Positions 62,951-64,000 of a stretch of DNA of 64,000 nucleotides are shown here, one piece after another. Location of the stretch: NCBI GenBank assembly GCA_013265495.1, contig MU061578.1, positions 71,308 through 135,307 on the forward strand, written 5' to 3'. Within the stretch, counting starts at the first letter, position 1; each line of letters begins with the position of its first letter. Source of the DNA: Vicugna vicugna (taxonomy: Eukaryota). The notes beneath the pieces are model-generated. The model was not told the DNA's origin. It saw only the letters and a program-made list of their open reading frames with translations, and searched no databases. Made by a program: the position numbers and the translations under genes.

Positions 62951-63245
62951 CTTTTGTAGAAATTTGCTTGATGGGTATGAGGACTATCTCTTATTCATCT
63001 TTTTAACTGCATGATGACGTAGACCAGATTACTGTTACCTGCAACCGACGAGTACTGACTTAGAACTCTTCTGTACCCTCCTGAACAGGCTAAGATGACC
63101 TTCACTAATTCCCAGAAGTACAGTCTTTGCTGCTTCCCCTATCAAAGACTGACCATAGTTTTGCAGAATAGCTTAATAATCACATATTCTTTTAGCAAAG
63201 AAACAGGGGAAACTGGGGGTCCATTTTTAAAACTGGGGATATCAA

Positions 63246-63330
63246 GGGGAAGGTAATAGCTCAGTGGTAGAGCACATGCTTAGCATGCATCAGGTCCTGG
63301 GTTCAATCCCCAGTCCTTCCATTAAAAAAA
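63246..63330 (+). mobile_element. Short vic-1-like SINE (tRNA-Ala-like head plus A tail only)
   Basis: 'ggggaaggtaatagctcagtggtagagcacatgcttagcatgcatcaggtcctgggttcaatccccagtccttccattaaaaaaa'. The sequence ctggggat is repeated on both flanks. Confidence 0.88.
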
Positions 63331-64000
63331 CCCCTGGGGATTCTGGGTGCTGTTACAGTTATGGACTCAGTTTCCAATCTGTATTTAAACTAGAAGTCAC
63401 TAGATTTGGCCTAAGAGTCTAATTAGGCGTGATTCACAATTTATTCCAATCTTTAAAGTTTTATACCCAACTTGACCCTACAACTGGATGCTCCCAAACT
63501 TTAATTCCTCGTGGTGGTCAATTAGCAATTTCTTTGTAGAAATATCTTGTGGGTGGCTGACTTACACATCATGAATCACATGACATTAACTGGGTTGATT
63601 CTGGTTCTGTTTTCTAAGCACAAAAATGAGGCATGGATGTTATGGGAATAGAGCTCCACGTATGGATTATGTTAACCTAGGTGAGGCCACAAAGACACCC
63701 CAGGCTGACCATCGCAGATGATTCTTCCCCACTGTCTTGATGACAGGAGGAAGCATAGAGGATTGATGGATGGACCAGGTTGAAAGATTTTGTCTGTCCC
63801 CTTTCCAAAAGTTGAGGATTAACTGGACCCACAAGTTGGAATCTGACATGAGGCTTTATATCTCCTTGTCTGAGGAGGTGGCATATATTTAAGCCTTCTG
63901 GCCAAGGAATCTTTCAAGGCCAATTATTCAGCTGCTCCCTGTTGAGCTGAATCAGCGATTATTTCCCAAGAAGGGCAGACTGGCCTGGTGGATGGGTTTC

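Overview
Non-coding mammalian genomic DNA, most likely a camelid (alpaca/llama/camel). The evidence is three tRNA-Ala-derived vic-1-like SINEs and cetartiodactyl-type L1 3' ends, with no Alu, Bov-tA/BovB or PRE1 seen. I found no host protein-coding exon. The ORFs in the track are chance ORFs, transposon remnants (ERV-L gag/protease, L1 ORF1/ORF2) or translations of an N-gap. The window looks like a gene desert or large intron, densely filled with old repeats (MIR, L2, MaLR MLT1 LTRs, MLT2/ERV-L, hAT-Charlie MERs, L1M). Between these are repeat-free islands rich in homeodomain/TALE motifs that look like conserved developmental enhancers. The most conspicuous large-scale structure is a ~4.26 kb near-identical direct duplication on either side of a 900-N gap, plus three short tandem duplications just upstream; these are most probably haplotype or gap-filling assembly artefacts. 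I did not find evidence for a novel biological system. Repeat subfamily names come from recalled consensus sequences, and boundaries are approximate unless a TSD is given.
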